A DNA stretch of 64,000 nucleotides from Octopus vulgaris (Eukaryota): positions 129,580,001 through 129,644,000 of the forward strand of contig OX597814.1 in assembly GCA_951406725.2 (NCBI GenBank), written 5' to 3'. This document shows positions 24,556 through 35,068 of this stretch, in pieces; position 1 is the first letter of the stretch; each line of letters opens with the position of its first letter. Under the pieces are notes generated by a model, which worked only from the letters and a program-made list of their open reading frames with translations, had not been told where the DNA came from and made no database searches. The position numbers were made by a program, and so were the translations under genes.

Positions 24556-24930
24556 ACTAGCAGTATCGCCCGGCGTTGCTCAGGTTTGTAAGGGAAATAA
24601 CTATAAAGCATTTTTAGAGAGTTATAGCCAAAAAATAGCAAAAAAATGGAAAAAAAATGATGGTAAATTTTTTTGAGAGTTAAAAAAGGTGGAGTTGCGT
24701 CCCCTAGACGGTCTGTGGTTTGGGTTTCTGATTCTTGACCCCATGTCGAATTTATCGATTTTTTTCAGAACTGGGGGAACTTTTCTAAATTTTCGCTGCG
24801 TTAGTTTTGAATTATGACATTGGGCTATGTGTGTATCAAGTTTCATCAGAATCGGTTGAAAGCCGTGGTCAGAGTGAGGGTACGAGAAAACAGACACACA
24901 GAAAACGCACAGACAAACTGCCGTTTATAT

Positions 24931-24935
<5 letters not shown>
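24556..24935 (+). mobile_element. Non-autonomous Helentron/HINE-like element in a TA tract
   Basis: tactagcagtatcgcccggcgttgctc start; ctgccgtttatatagagat end. Confidence 0.5.
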
Positions 24936-24961
<26 letters not shown>

Positions 24962-25266
24962 ATCAAAATAAGCAACTGGATATCAAGAAATGATGCAGTA
25001 TGACTGTTTCAAGCCACTCCATTTAATTGAATATATATATATATATACACACACACACATACATACACACACATGGCTTTAGCAAGGGCATCCAGCTGTA
25101 GAAACTTTGCCAAAGATCATATTGGAGTCTGACACAACCCTGCAGGTTGCTGGCTTCCTGTCAAACCGTCCAGCCATGATAACATGAAAAGTAGATGTTA
25201 CATGATGATGATGATGATGATGATGATGATGTTGACAATGGTGATGATACACACACGCACACACAA

Positions 25267-25307
<41 letters not shown>

Positions 25308-25966
25308 TAGTTAGATACACATACAGGCTAAAAATTTCTAGCGAGAATCACACTTTGAAAAGCTAAAAAGTATAAACTGGTCACTAAAACAGATTTTCTC
25401 TCTATTTTTTAAATAAAATTTATTTTGTGAAAACTTCACTTCAGTAAAACCAGACTTAGTAAAATATATTCTCGTTTTGAACAATACATTTTGTAAAAAA
25501 AAACCCCTCTTCTGTAAAATGAGACTTACATTATAGGTAAAAAGCACTATAATTTTTTCAGTAAAACTTTTTTTATGTGAAAACAAACATTGTAATTTTT
25601 ACTGCGTATATATATATATACATATATATATATTTTATCTATATGGAAAAATAAACTTTGTTTTATTCTATAAAAAATTCAGATATATAAAAAATGCAAT
25701 ACATTTTCAACCTATATATATATAGTTCAACCTATATATATATATCGTTTTCCTATATATATATATACATGTATGCATGTATACATATATATTTCTATGT
25801 ATATATGTATGTATGCATGTATGTATGTATGTATGTATGTATGTATGTATGTATGTATGTATGTATGTATGTATGTATTAACTTTACACATGGAGTTGGA
25901 ATTAAATTCTCTTTGCAAAGTTAATCTGTTAGCAAAAAAAATATTAGCAAACACAACATTGTGACT

Positions 25967-26005
<39 letters not shown>

Positions 26006-26084
26006 AACACACACACACACTCACATGCACACACACACACACACACACACAATCTACAAGGCATCTCCTGAAATATATACATAC

Positions 26085-27045
26085 TTGAACTACTGACAAC
26101 TCAATTTTCATTTCCTTTTAGATTTAAACTATTGGAAATAATGAATAGAACTAGACCAAACTTTGAACAAAGGAAATTTATCCTAGAGTGCTACTGGAAA
26201 TTTGAAAACACAGTTGAAGTGCAAATAGAGTTTAGGAGAGTTTCAAACAGATTCATCTCTGTGACTCACCATCACTCAAATTAGAGAGAAGTTTGAAGTA
26301 GATGGAACTGTTCAGAATGTCTACAAGAAATCTTCTGGAAGGCTGCAGATATCAATGAGCCCCAAAAAGCAAGAAAGTGTACAAGAGATGTGTTGCCCAT
26401 CGAGAAAACCTGTGTTGCGAGTGAGTTACTCTTTTTACTTTTTACTTGTTTCAGCCATTTGACTGTGGCCATGCTGGAGCACCGCCTTTAGTCGAGCAAA
26501 TTGATCCCAGGTCTTATTCCTTGTAAGCCTAGTACTTATGCTATCGGTCTCTTTTGCTGAACCGCTAAGTTACAGGGATGTAAACACACTAGCATTGGTT
26601 GTCAAGCGATGTTGGTGGGACAAACACAGACACCAACGTATACACACACACACATACATACATATATATATATATATATACATATATATACGACGGACTT
26701 CTTTCAGTTTCCATCTACCAAATCCACTCACAAGGCTTTGGTAGGCTCGAGGCTATAGTAAAATACACTTGCCCAAGTTGCCATGCAGTGGGACTGAACC
26801 AGGAACCATGTGAGATAGGAATTTCAAAGTCAACCATCCATTGAATTTTGATGTGCTACCATTGGATAAGCTACATTCCAAGAATAGTGCAATGTCTCAA
26901 TGAAGAGATATGGACTGAAGAATTGAGTTCTGTGAGTCAGACATGGCAAGATGAGTAGAAGATACACACTTTCCAGCAATGACTGTTTGGAGTAATGAGG
27001 TTGCATTTCAAGTAAATGGCTCAATTAACTGCCACAATAATGATG
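26085..27045 (+). pseudogene. Decayed Tc1/mariner-superfamily transposase split by a family A SINE (26430-26812)
   Basis: N-terminal RKFILECYWKFENTVEVQ..FRR helix-turn-helix region; later TVWSNEVAFQVNGSINCHN (WSDEA-x-F-x-LNG-x-VN-x-HN type). Confidence 0.7.
26430..26812 (-). mobile_element. SINE family A
   Basis: Standard body and tail. Confidence 0.85.
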
Positions 27046-27578
27046 CTTTATTAAAAGCATCCTGTCCACACAGTAAAGTGGTCAGTGTTAGGGAGGGCAT
27101 CCAGCTGTAAAAACCATGCCAAAATTGACCTTGCCTGTGCTTGTGCCACGTAAAAAAAGCACTCAGTCCACTCTGCTGGGTGGTTAGTGTTAAGAAGGGC
27201 ATCCAGCCATAAAAATCCAGAGAAGTCTGATGTAGGCTTCTACCTGGCTGGCTCCTGTCAAACCATCCACCTCATGCCAGCATGGGAGGCTGATATTAAA
27301 ATGATGATGATGATGAGCATATCATAACTAGTAGCACTGCTAAGTACTATGGCCCACTTACCACTGCACTGAAAGCTGATTGCATATTGATATAATCTAC
27401 ATGGAGTTCTAACTCATTTTATAGTAGTTGTACATTTAAGTGCACACAAACGATACATGCATATACATACATACATACATACATACATACATACATACAT
27501 ACAAACATATATACAAATATGCATACATATATACATGCAAACATACGTACATACATAATACATACATACATACAAAAA

Positions 27579-27610
<32 letters not shown>

Positions 27611-27765
27611 CACACATACATACATACATGATTATGCAAATAAATGAATAAAGTTGCTTGGGCTAGATATATAAAATATACATACATATATACATGTAAA
27701 CAGAGAGAGACAAATACTGAAGATATTCAGACAGTGAACATTTTTGCATAAATATATAGATCTTT

Positions 27766-27960
27766 GTGGAGGTGCAATGGCCCAGTGGTTAGGGCAGTGG
27801 ACTTGTGGTCGGAGGATCAAGGTTTTGATTCCTAGACTGGGTGTTGTGTATGTTTATTGAGCGAGAACACCTAAAGCTCCATGAGGCTCCGGCAGGGGGT
27901 GGTGGTGACCCCTGTTGTACTCTTTCGCCCCAACTTTCTCTCACTCTCTCTTCCTGTTTT
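27766..27960 (+). mobile_element. SINE family C (partial)
   Basis: gtggaggtgcaatggcccagtggttagggcag head. Confidence 0.8.
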
Positions 27961-28039
27961 CATATAGAATATATAAAGATACCAGTAATTATTAAAATAT
28001 ATAACATACAGGAATATATATATATGTATATTTATATGC

Positions 28040-28468
28040 CACAACAGCTGACTGGCTTCCGTGTCGGTGGCATGTAAAAAGTACCATTCGAGCGTGATTG
28101 TTACCAGCATCGCCTTACTAGCACTTGTGCTGGTGGCATGTGAAAAAACATTCAAGCGAGGTAGTTGCCAGTGCTGCTGGACTGGCTTCTGTGCAGGTGG
28201 CACATAAAAAACACTATTTGAGTGTGGCTGTTGCCAGTACAGCTCAACTGGCCCTTGTGCCGGTGGCACGTAAAAGCACCCACTACACTCTCGGAGTGGT
28301 TGGCATTAGGAAGGGCATCCAGTTGTAGAAACTCTGCCAGATTAGATTGGAGTCTGGTGCAGCCATCTGGTTTGCCAGTCCTCAGTCAAATCATCCAACC
28401 CATGCTAGCATGGAAAGCGGACGTTAAACGTTGATGATGATGATGATGATAATGATGATGATGATGAT
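28040..28468 (+). mobile_element. Family D RTE-tailed element
   Basis: Subrepeats and (GAT)n tail as at 16370. Confidence 0.78.
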
Positions 28469-29074
28469 ATATACACACAGAGTTGAAATTTATAGAAAAA
28501 CAAAAGATGAAGACAGGTGTATGAATAACAAGCAGGTGCATTAGTTTGATGCTTGGGAAACTGAGAAAGTCTTTTGTTTCAAGCCTACGATCTTCAACAG
28601 AAAGGAATAAAAGAAAATAAACAGAGAGAAAATAAATAAAAAAAAACTTGAGGATATAGCAATCAAACATAGCGACTGTTTTGACAGGATATATATATAT
28701 ATATCATATATATATATATATATATATATAAATATCATTATTATTATTATTATATTATATATATATAAATATCATTATTATAATCATTGTTTAAAGTCCA
28801 CCTTCTATGCTGGCTTGGGCTGGACTGTTTGATAGGAGCTGGTCAAGCAGAAACCTGTACTATACTTCTGTGTCTGTCTTGGCATGATTTTTTTATGGCT
28901 GGATGCCTTTCCTAACACCAACCATGGCTGTAAAAATTCTGCCAAAAACAGACACAGTAGCTTAAGGTAGTTTTCTACTTGACTGTCTCCTGTCAACCAT
29001 CCTACCCATGCATGCATGGATGACGGATGTTAAACGATGATGATGTTGAAGCAAAAGGTTAGTATAAAGTTAGT

Positions 29075-29555
29075 CATCATCATCATTATCATCATCGTTT
29101 AATGTCCGCTTTCCATGCTAGCATGGGTTGGACGATTTGACTGAGGCCTGGCGAACCAGATGGCTGCACCAGACTCCAATCTGATCTGGCAGAGTTTCTA
29201 CAACTGGATGCCCTTCCTAACGCCAACCACTCTGAGAGTGTAGAGGGTGCTTTTATGTGCCACTGGCATGAGGGCCAGTCAGGTGGTACTGGCAACGGCC
29301 ACGCTCAAATGGTGCTTTTTATGTGCCATCTGCACAGGAGCCAGTCCAGCGGCACTGGCAATGACCTCGCTCAAATGTTTTTTCACATGCTACCGGCACA
29401 AGTGCCAGTAAGGCGACGCTGGTAACGATCACACTCGAATGATACTTTTTACGTGCCACCAGCACAGAAGCCAGTCCAGTGACGCGGCACTGGCAATGAC
29501 CTCGCTCGAATGTTTTTTTCACGTGTCACTAGCACAAGAGCTAGTAAGGCAACAT
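29075..29555 (-). mobile_element. Family D RTE-tailed element
   Basis: Same orientation and sequence as 5805-6200. Confidence 0.78.
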
Positions 29556-29611
29556 TCCAAAAATCCTTGTGTAGGAAGTTAATAATGTTCAAGCATTTAT
29601 TAATCATCATA

Positions 29612-29652
<41 letters not shown>

Positions 29653-30217
29653 AGTGAACATAAGAGTGCAGGCTGAACATAAATAATTTTTTATAGGAAT
29701 GGAGTATTGGTGATAGCATGATATTAAAGTGCTTATTACAGTACAGTAATGTACATGGAGAGATATTCTCATTATTTATTGCTTAAAGTGTGTTCATGAG
29801 TATGATATTTCACTTATATTTTGTTTGAGAAACAAGAACATGCAATGTAAGTAATATCATAAAAGAGAAGTGGATCTCTGTTTGTTTATCTGTCTATCTG
29901 TAACAACATCTATTAGAGGGTGGAAAAGAAGGAGAGGAATGAAAATATATGTCACAATGTATCTTTAGAAGGGGAGGAGAGAAAGATTTTTGAGAGAGAA
30001 ATAGAGTGAGAGAGAATGAAATGGAGAAAGCGAGAGAGAGAGAGAGAGTGTGTGTGTAAGGGATAGATAGTCAGACAGACAAATAGTTAGATAAATAAAT
30101 AGATAGACAAATAGATAGATAGATAGAAAGTGAGAGAGAGAGAATGAATGAGTGAGAGAGAGAGAGAATGAATGAGTGAGTGAGAGAGAGAAAGAAGATA
30201 GATAGATAGGTAGTGTT

Positions 30218-30231
30218 GTGACCATAGTAAC
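30218..30231. promoter_or_regulatory. Second, intronic X-box-like site
   Basis: GTGACCATAGTAAC matches GTNRCC-AT-RGYAAC; ~3 kb inside intron 1. Confidence 0.4.
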
Positions 30232-30720
30232 TGACAATTTTTGATTAAAAACGCAGGTATTTTGAGTACAAGTCTGTAACAACACAACACAGCTTTAAAA
30301 AAATGATTTTCCTTATATAACAATATAGTTATTCTTTTGATTGTTTCTGTGTGTGTTTGTGCCTGTGTGTGTATTTCTGTGTTTGTGTATGTGTGTTTCT
30401 GTATGCTTTTCAACACAGAGACAATGCAATGCAACACAGCTTCAAAATAATTTTAAAAAATGTCTTTCACTATATAACAATATAGATAGTTATTTTTTGG
30501 TTGTCTATATTTCCATTTGCACGTGAGTTTCTCTTTGTCTTTCATCATAAAGACAATGCGAATCACGTTAAAAAAAAAAAAGACTTTCACTATATAACAG
30601 TACTATAAAAAAGAAGGTATGTGCATGATTAACAAATATCTTTACCGGTCGAGTAGTGATAGATAATAACCTCCACAAAAAAAATAAATAAACGTGCTTT
30701 ATATAAATGTACATACATAT

Positions 30721-30845
30721 AACCTGAAGAGCATAGGCTCGAAACGTAAAAGACTTTCTCACTTTCTCGAGCATCAAACTAATACACCTGGTTGTTGTTC
30801 ATATTTTTGTTTTCGTCTTTTGTTTTTCTGTAAATTTGAACTACA
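30721..30845 (+). repeat. Dispersed short repeat with hammerhead-like core (minus-strand copies at ~24350-24520 and ~28480-28640)
   Basis: CTGAAGAGCATAGGCTCGAAACGTAAAAG followed by shared body ...catcaaactaatacacc...taaatttgaacta and (TA)n. Confidence 0.6.
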
Positions 30846-31446
30846 TATATATATATATATTTATATATTCTTTTATTCTTTAACTTGTTTCAGTCATTTG
30901 ATTGCAGCCATGCTGGAGCACCGTCTTTAGTCATAGAAATCGACCCCAGGACTTACTCTTTGTAAGCCTAAGAACTTATTCTATCGAATACACACACACA
31001 CACACATACACACACAACTACACCTATGGTCAAAACCATTCCAGTCGGTCCCATCTTGTCTATTCTCCAAGAAATGTGGATCCAGTACCATATAATCCAA
31101 TATGTCCTTGCACTTTATGAGAGAGATTCGTTGGGTATTTCTCACAAGTCAATTGACAGCATATGAAACTCACTCTCACGCGCTACTTAGCTTAGAAGTT
31201 CCCTATGCATGTGGAGTGTCAAGAAGGAAGAGCATCAGATAGGTAGACAGTGTCAGTCTCTCTCAGCCTATTAAGTAACTAGTAACGTAAGAACTGATTG
31301 ATGTTACCAATGTATCAATCATGTATTAAAAATGACACTTTTCTTAATATTTGTTTATTTACTAAAGGATTAGTAAACTATTAAACAATCACCAAATTCC
31401 TCCCCTTTTTCCACCTCTATGAGGTAGTGGTAGGTATTCTAAAATT

Positions 31447-31862
31447 CAGCACTGGATTATCCATTAAGCAAAATAAGACCGTGCTTAGGGCATCAAGTGG
31501 GAGGCACCACAGAAAGGGTAAATGGTCTACAGCACAAAAAAAAATCACTTTAAACTTGCTAAAATAATTTCGCAGTGCCTTATCTCTACAAAGTATAGAA
31601 GCAGACGTTTTATGTAAGATTCATTTTGAGAATCTGATCAAAGACTTTGTAATTCAAAAATGTAGGAGGAAACTTTTCAAATATAAATAAAGTGGAAGTA
31701 TACAAAAATAAGCATTATTTCCCATCTTACTGTTAGTTTTGTTTCATTTAGAAAGACAAAAATTCATTTTATGGTTTATTATTGTTTACATTTCGAATTA
31801 TACATGGAGGCACCAAAATCTTTTGAGTGCTTAGGGCCTCTATGGATTTTAATCCGGCTCTG
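31447..31862. mobile_element. hAT-like MITE
   Basis: TIRs cagcactggatta / taatccggctctg; degenerate 8-bp flanks ctaaaatt / ccaaaatc. Confidence 0.6.
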
Positions 31863-32018
31863 CCAAAATCCCACCGTTCAACTATAAGAGGTTCTCAACG
31901 TAGGCGGTACTGCTCCCCAAGAGGGCGCTGGGCATATCGAAGGGGGTGTCAGGCTTTAGGGGTCGTTGAGGTTACATAATCAACATGCTAACTTTTACTT
32001 ATCGTAGTAATTATATTA

Positions 32019-32340
32019 TGAGGAGGCGCAATGGCCCAGTGGTTAGGGCAGTGGGCGTAGGATCGTGGTTTCGCTTCCCTGACCGGGCGTTGTGAGTATT
32101 TATTGAGCGAAAACATATAAAGCTCAACGAGACTCCGGCAGGGATTGGTGGAAAAACCTGCTGTATTCTTTCGCCACAACTTTCTCTCACTCTTTCTTCC
32201 TGTTTCTGTTGTACCTGTATTTCAAAGGGGCCAGCCTTGTGACACTCTGTGTCACGCGAATCTCCCTCAGAACTCCGTTAAGGGTACACGTGTCTGCGGA
32301 GTGCTCAGCCATTTGCACGTTAATTACACGAGCAGGCTGT
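32019..32340 (+). mobile_element. SINE family C, possibly nested in an older MITE (~31887-32732)
   Basis: gaggaggcgcaatggcccagtggttagggc head; outer ends ggttctcaac / gttaagaaccactg. Confidence 0.7.
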
Positions 32341-33256
32341 ATAAAACTAGTAATGATTATTAAAATATAATCAGAGATAAGTAATGTGCTGCTATTTCTA
32401 GCAGGTCGAGCAACGCTGTAGGTTCTATACAATTGTTCGTCCTGATATAGAAAATTTAGCTAAGTCTCATCAGGTACAGGAAAGTCATTAACTTGCAATG
32501 TATGAAGTAAATTTACATTTGTTTTCATTTAATTTTTTTCATCATTCCACTGTTAAAAGCTTATACAATCCATTTTTAGAGTAACATTTATAAGTTATCG
32601 TCCATGTTAAGTTAGTTTAATCGCGATACCTCACTCGGCACTTAGGTATAACAACTACTCAAAAAAGAATGTGTGTGTATGTGTGTGTGGTGCGGGGTTG
32701 AGGAGTGTTACACAAAAAGTTAAGAACCACTGAACCACGCCCATCTGAAGAGTGCAATAGATTACTAATAATGTTTTAGTAAATAATAATAATGAAATTA
32801 ACATAAGGGACGTTAGCCATCTGAATGTGGCTAGGGACAGGGCAGGGCGGTGGGGGTGTTACTGATGCATTTAGCCCCAGGCGATCATCAACGTCACCAG
32901 GAGGGCTGAGAGAATTATAATAATGAAATTATTGTATACATAATAAATTATTATTGTATAAATAATGATAATAATAAAAATTGGCTGACGACAATAATGA
33001 ACCAAAATATATTGCTTTGTGCTTTAGTCAAAAAGAAGCAACAAAAATACTAATATTAACTAAAATATTCATAATGTTAGTGTGTTTGTATTATAAATAC
33101 CTGACTTGTTTTAAAATTAAATGAGCTGGAGTACGTAAATTTCACCGCAGGCACCAAAGTACACAAACACACACAAAAAAAAAATCTACCTACATTATCT
33201 TTACGTAGATTTCACTTGAACCTAATTTATTTTATAGTTTTCGCTATAAAGGATAC

Positions 33257-33299
33257 ATTCTAAATAATATTTCTCTTCGTTTGGGTCAATCTCTGCCAT
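33257..33299 (-). CDS. SPAG16: SPAG16/PF20 coding exon 1 (MAEIDPNEEKYYLE + T, phase 1)
   Basis: ATG at 33299. The YYLE motif and the 11-aa spacing to Y-x-YEE after splicing match vertebrate SPAG16 as I recall it (YYLEQVTITEASEDDYEYEE). Ends at donor T|GTATCCTTT; X-box directly upstream. Confidence 0.85.
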
Positions 33300-33311
33300 A
33301 GCTATTCTGCC

Positions 33312-33325
33312 GTTACTATAGTAAC
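33312..33325. promoter_or_regulatory. RFX X-box in SPAG16 promoter/5' UTR
   Basis: Perfect palindrome GTTACTATAGTAAC, 12 nt upstream of the ATG of a ciliary gene; fits the X-box pattern GTTNCC-AT-GGNAAC / RYYNYY-WW-RRNRAC. Confidence 0.75.
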
Positions 33326-33437
33326 TACAATAACAGCGTAACTTGCGCCTTCTCATTGAAGGGAGGCAACTCTTGCAATTTCAGCGCGGTTATAATGTCT
33401 CTTGATGGGGAAACAGAACTATAATCTTACAAACCGA

Positions 33438-33705
33438 GTTCAGTTCCACTGCGCAGTAACTCGAGCCTCTTCTATTATAGCCGAGGGCCGACCAATGCCC
33501 TGTGAATAAATTTGATAGACAGAAACTATATGGAAGATGCAGGAGGAAGGAGTTTGAGAAAGTTGTGGCGAAAGAGTCAGCAGAAGTTCGCCATTACTTT
33601 CTGCCGGAACCGCGTGGAGCTTAGGGGTTTCGCTCATAAACACACACATCGACCGCTCTGAAATTCGAACCCACGATCCCTCGACTAGGCCATGCGCCTC
33701 CACAG
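33438..33705. mobile_element. SINE fragments (family A body +, family C head -) just upstream of the SPAG16 promoter
   Basis: gttcagttccactgcg...ctattatagcc, then ...ccatgcgcctccac. Confidence 0.65.
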
Positions 33706-34704
33706 GGCGTTATGTCATGATACATCTATATGTATCCATATACATCCATATGTACAAGTTGACCCTTAAGACTAGTAAGATATTAACAATTAATACCTTT
33801 CATAACAACAGTAATACTGACAGGCCCTGTTGAACAGAGAGAAGCAGGGTTGCCACTCATCAAATAATAAAACACCCAGATTATTTGCTGTAAAAAAAAA
33901 AAAAAAAAAAAGATCCTATTTTATAAACCCAGGTGTTAGAAAATAGTTATATAATTGGTAATTTAGTGATAAAATATGTTATATGACAAAATGAATTGAG
34001 AATTTAATACTTTATATCATAATTGTCAAGTTCGTGCATATCCACATCATCTTCATTCACTCTTCCCTTTTTGAAGTTCAGTCTACTCGTTTATCCAGAG
34101 GACGATACTTCTGCTATCCAAAAAGAGGAGATAATTTATAAAAAGGCTGACAAATCCATAAAACAACCCCAAGTGCAATCTCGATTTAAGTAAAAGGAAC
34201 CTTGCCGTTTTGCTAGTGTTCGGCTAGAACTCTTTAAAGAAAAAAAGAAACTTAAATAAATAAATAAATCTATGCATGCATACATATATAAGTACATTCA
34301 GCGCTCGTGCACGCACGCACACACATACACACATACATACACGCAGATTTTTAAGATTTACAATGTAAAATGATATTAAAAAATTGGGAAGCCTCATTTT
34401 GAGATTGAGACGTTAAGTCGAGGTAAAAAAAAACGTGACATATTGAATATTACTTTATATGATATAATATATACAAGACGTGATGTACTTCTAGCACGTC
34501 CAGGAGAGGTTAATATTCCTCTCAATATATATTAGTGTATATATAATATGTTGTGGTTTGAGGGAAATTGCACTACTATTCATTGAAAATCGTTGCAATA
34601 TTGATCAAGTTTTCAGTACACAATAAACAAACAACGTGACGTGTTTGAAATAGGCATTTTTGTATGGTTAAGAAAATCGTTTCACAAGTATGTGGTTACT
34701 CTAA

Positions 34705-34895
34705 AGGCGGCGATCTGGCAGAAGAGGTAGCACGCCAGGCGAAATGCTTAGCGTCGACTTTGCCTTTCATCCATTCGGGGATGATTAAATAAGTACCAGT
34801 TAGGCACTAGGGTCGATATAATCGACTTAATCCGTTTGGACGTCCTTGTTTGTCCCATCTATGTTTAGGCCCTTGTGGGCGATAAAGAAATTAAG
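34705..34895 (+). mobile_element. SINE family B abutting the satellite element
   Basis: ggcggcgatctggcagaa...gtcgactttgcctttcatcc...gataaagaaattaag. Confidence 0.8.
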
Positions 34896-35068
34896 GTTAA
34901 TATCCAGATCTGCACCCGGTGTGAAAAATGCAAAGGAAAATGTGTAGTAGGTGTAAATGCATCGTATATAAAAGGAATATGACGAAAAAAATGCGCGCAG
35001 ACAAAGGGAGGGAGGGCCCCCAAAAATTCCCAAGATCAACCATACAAAATCCGAGCAGTAAAGCTCAA

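Larger units (their letters stand above)
22683..33256 (-). other. U12-type (minor spliceosome) GT-AG intron 1 of SPAG16, 10,574 bp
   Basis: 5' site GTATCCTTT is the exact U12 consensus; branch-like TTCTTTGAC (plus 22695-22703, consensus TTCCTTRAC) has its A 14 nt from the 3' end; no long polypyrimidine tract after it. Confidence 0.82.

Noticed and set aside
34000-34130. Possible terminal exon of an upstream minus-strand gene (…RLNFKKGRVNEDDVDMHELDNYDIKY*)
   Set aside because: A stop separates it from the best acceptor, no upstream exons were found, and the nearby cagggttgcca suggests a DNA-transposon relic.
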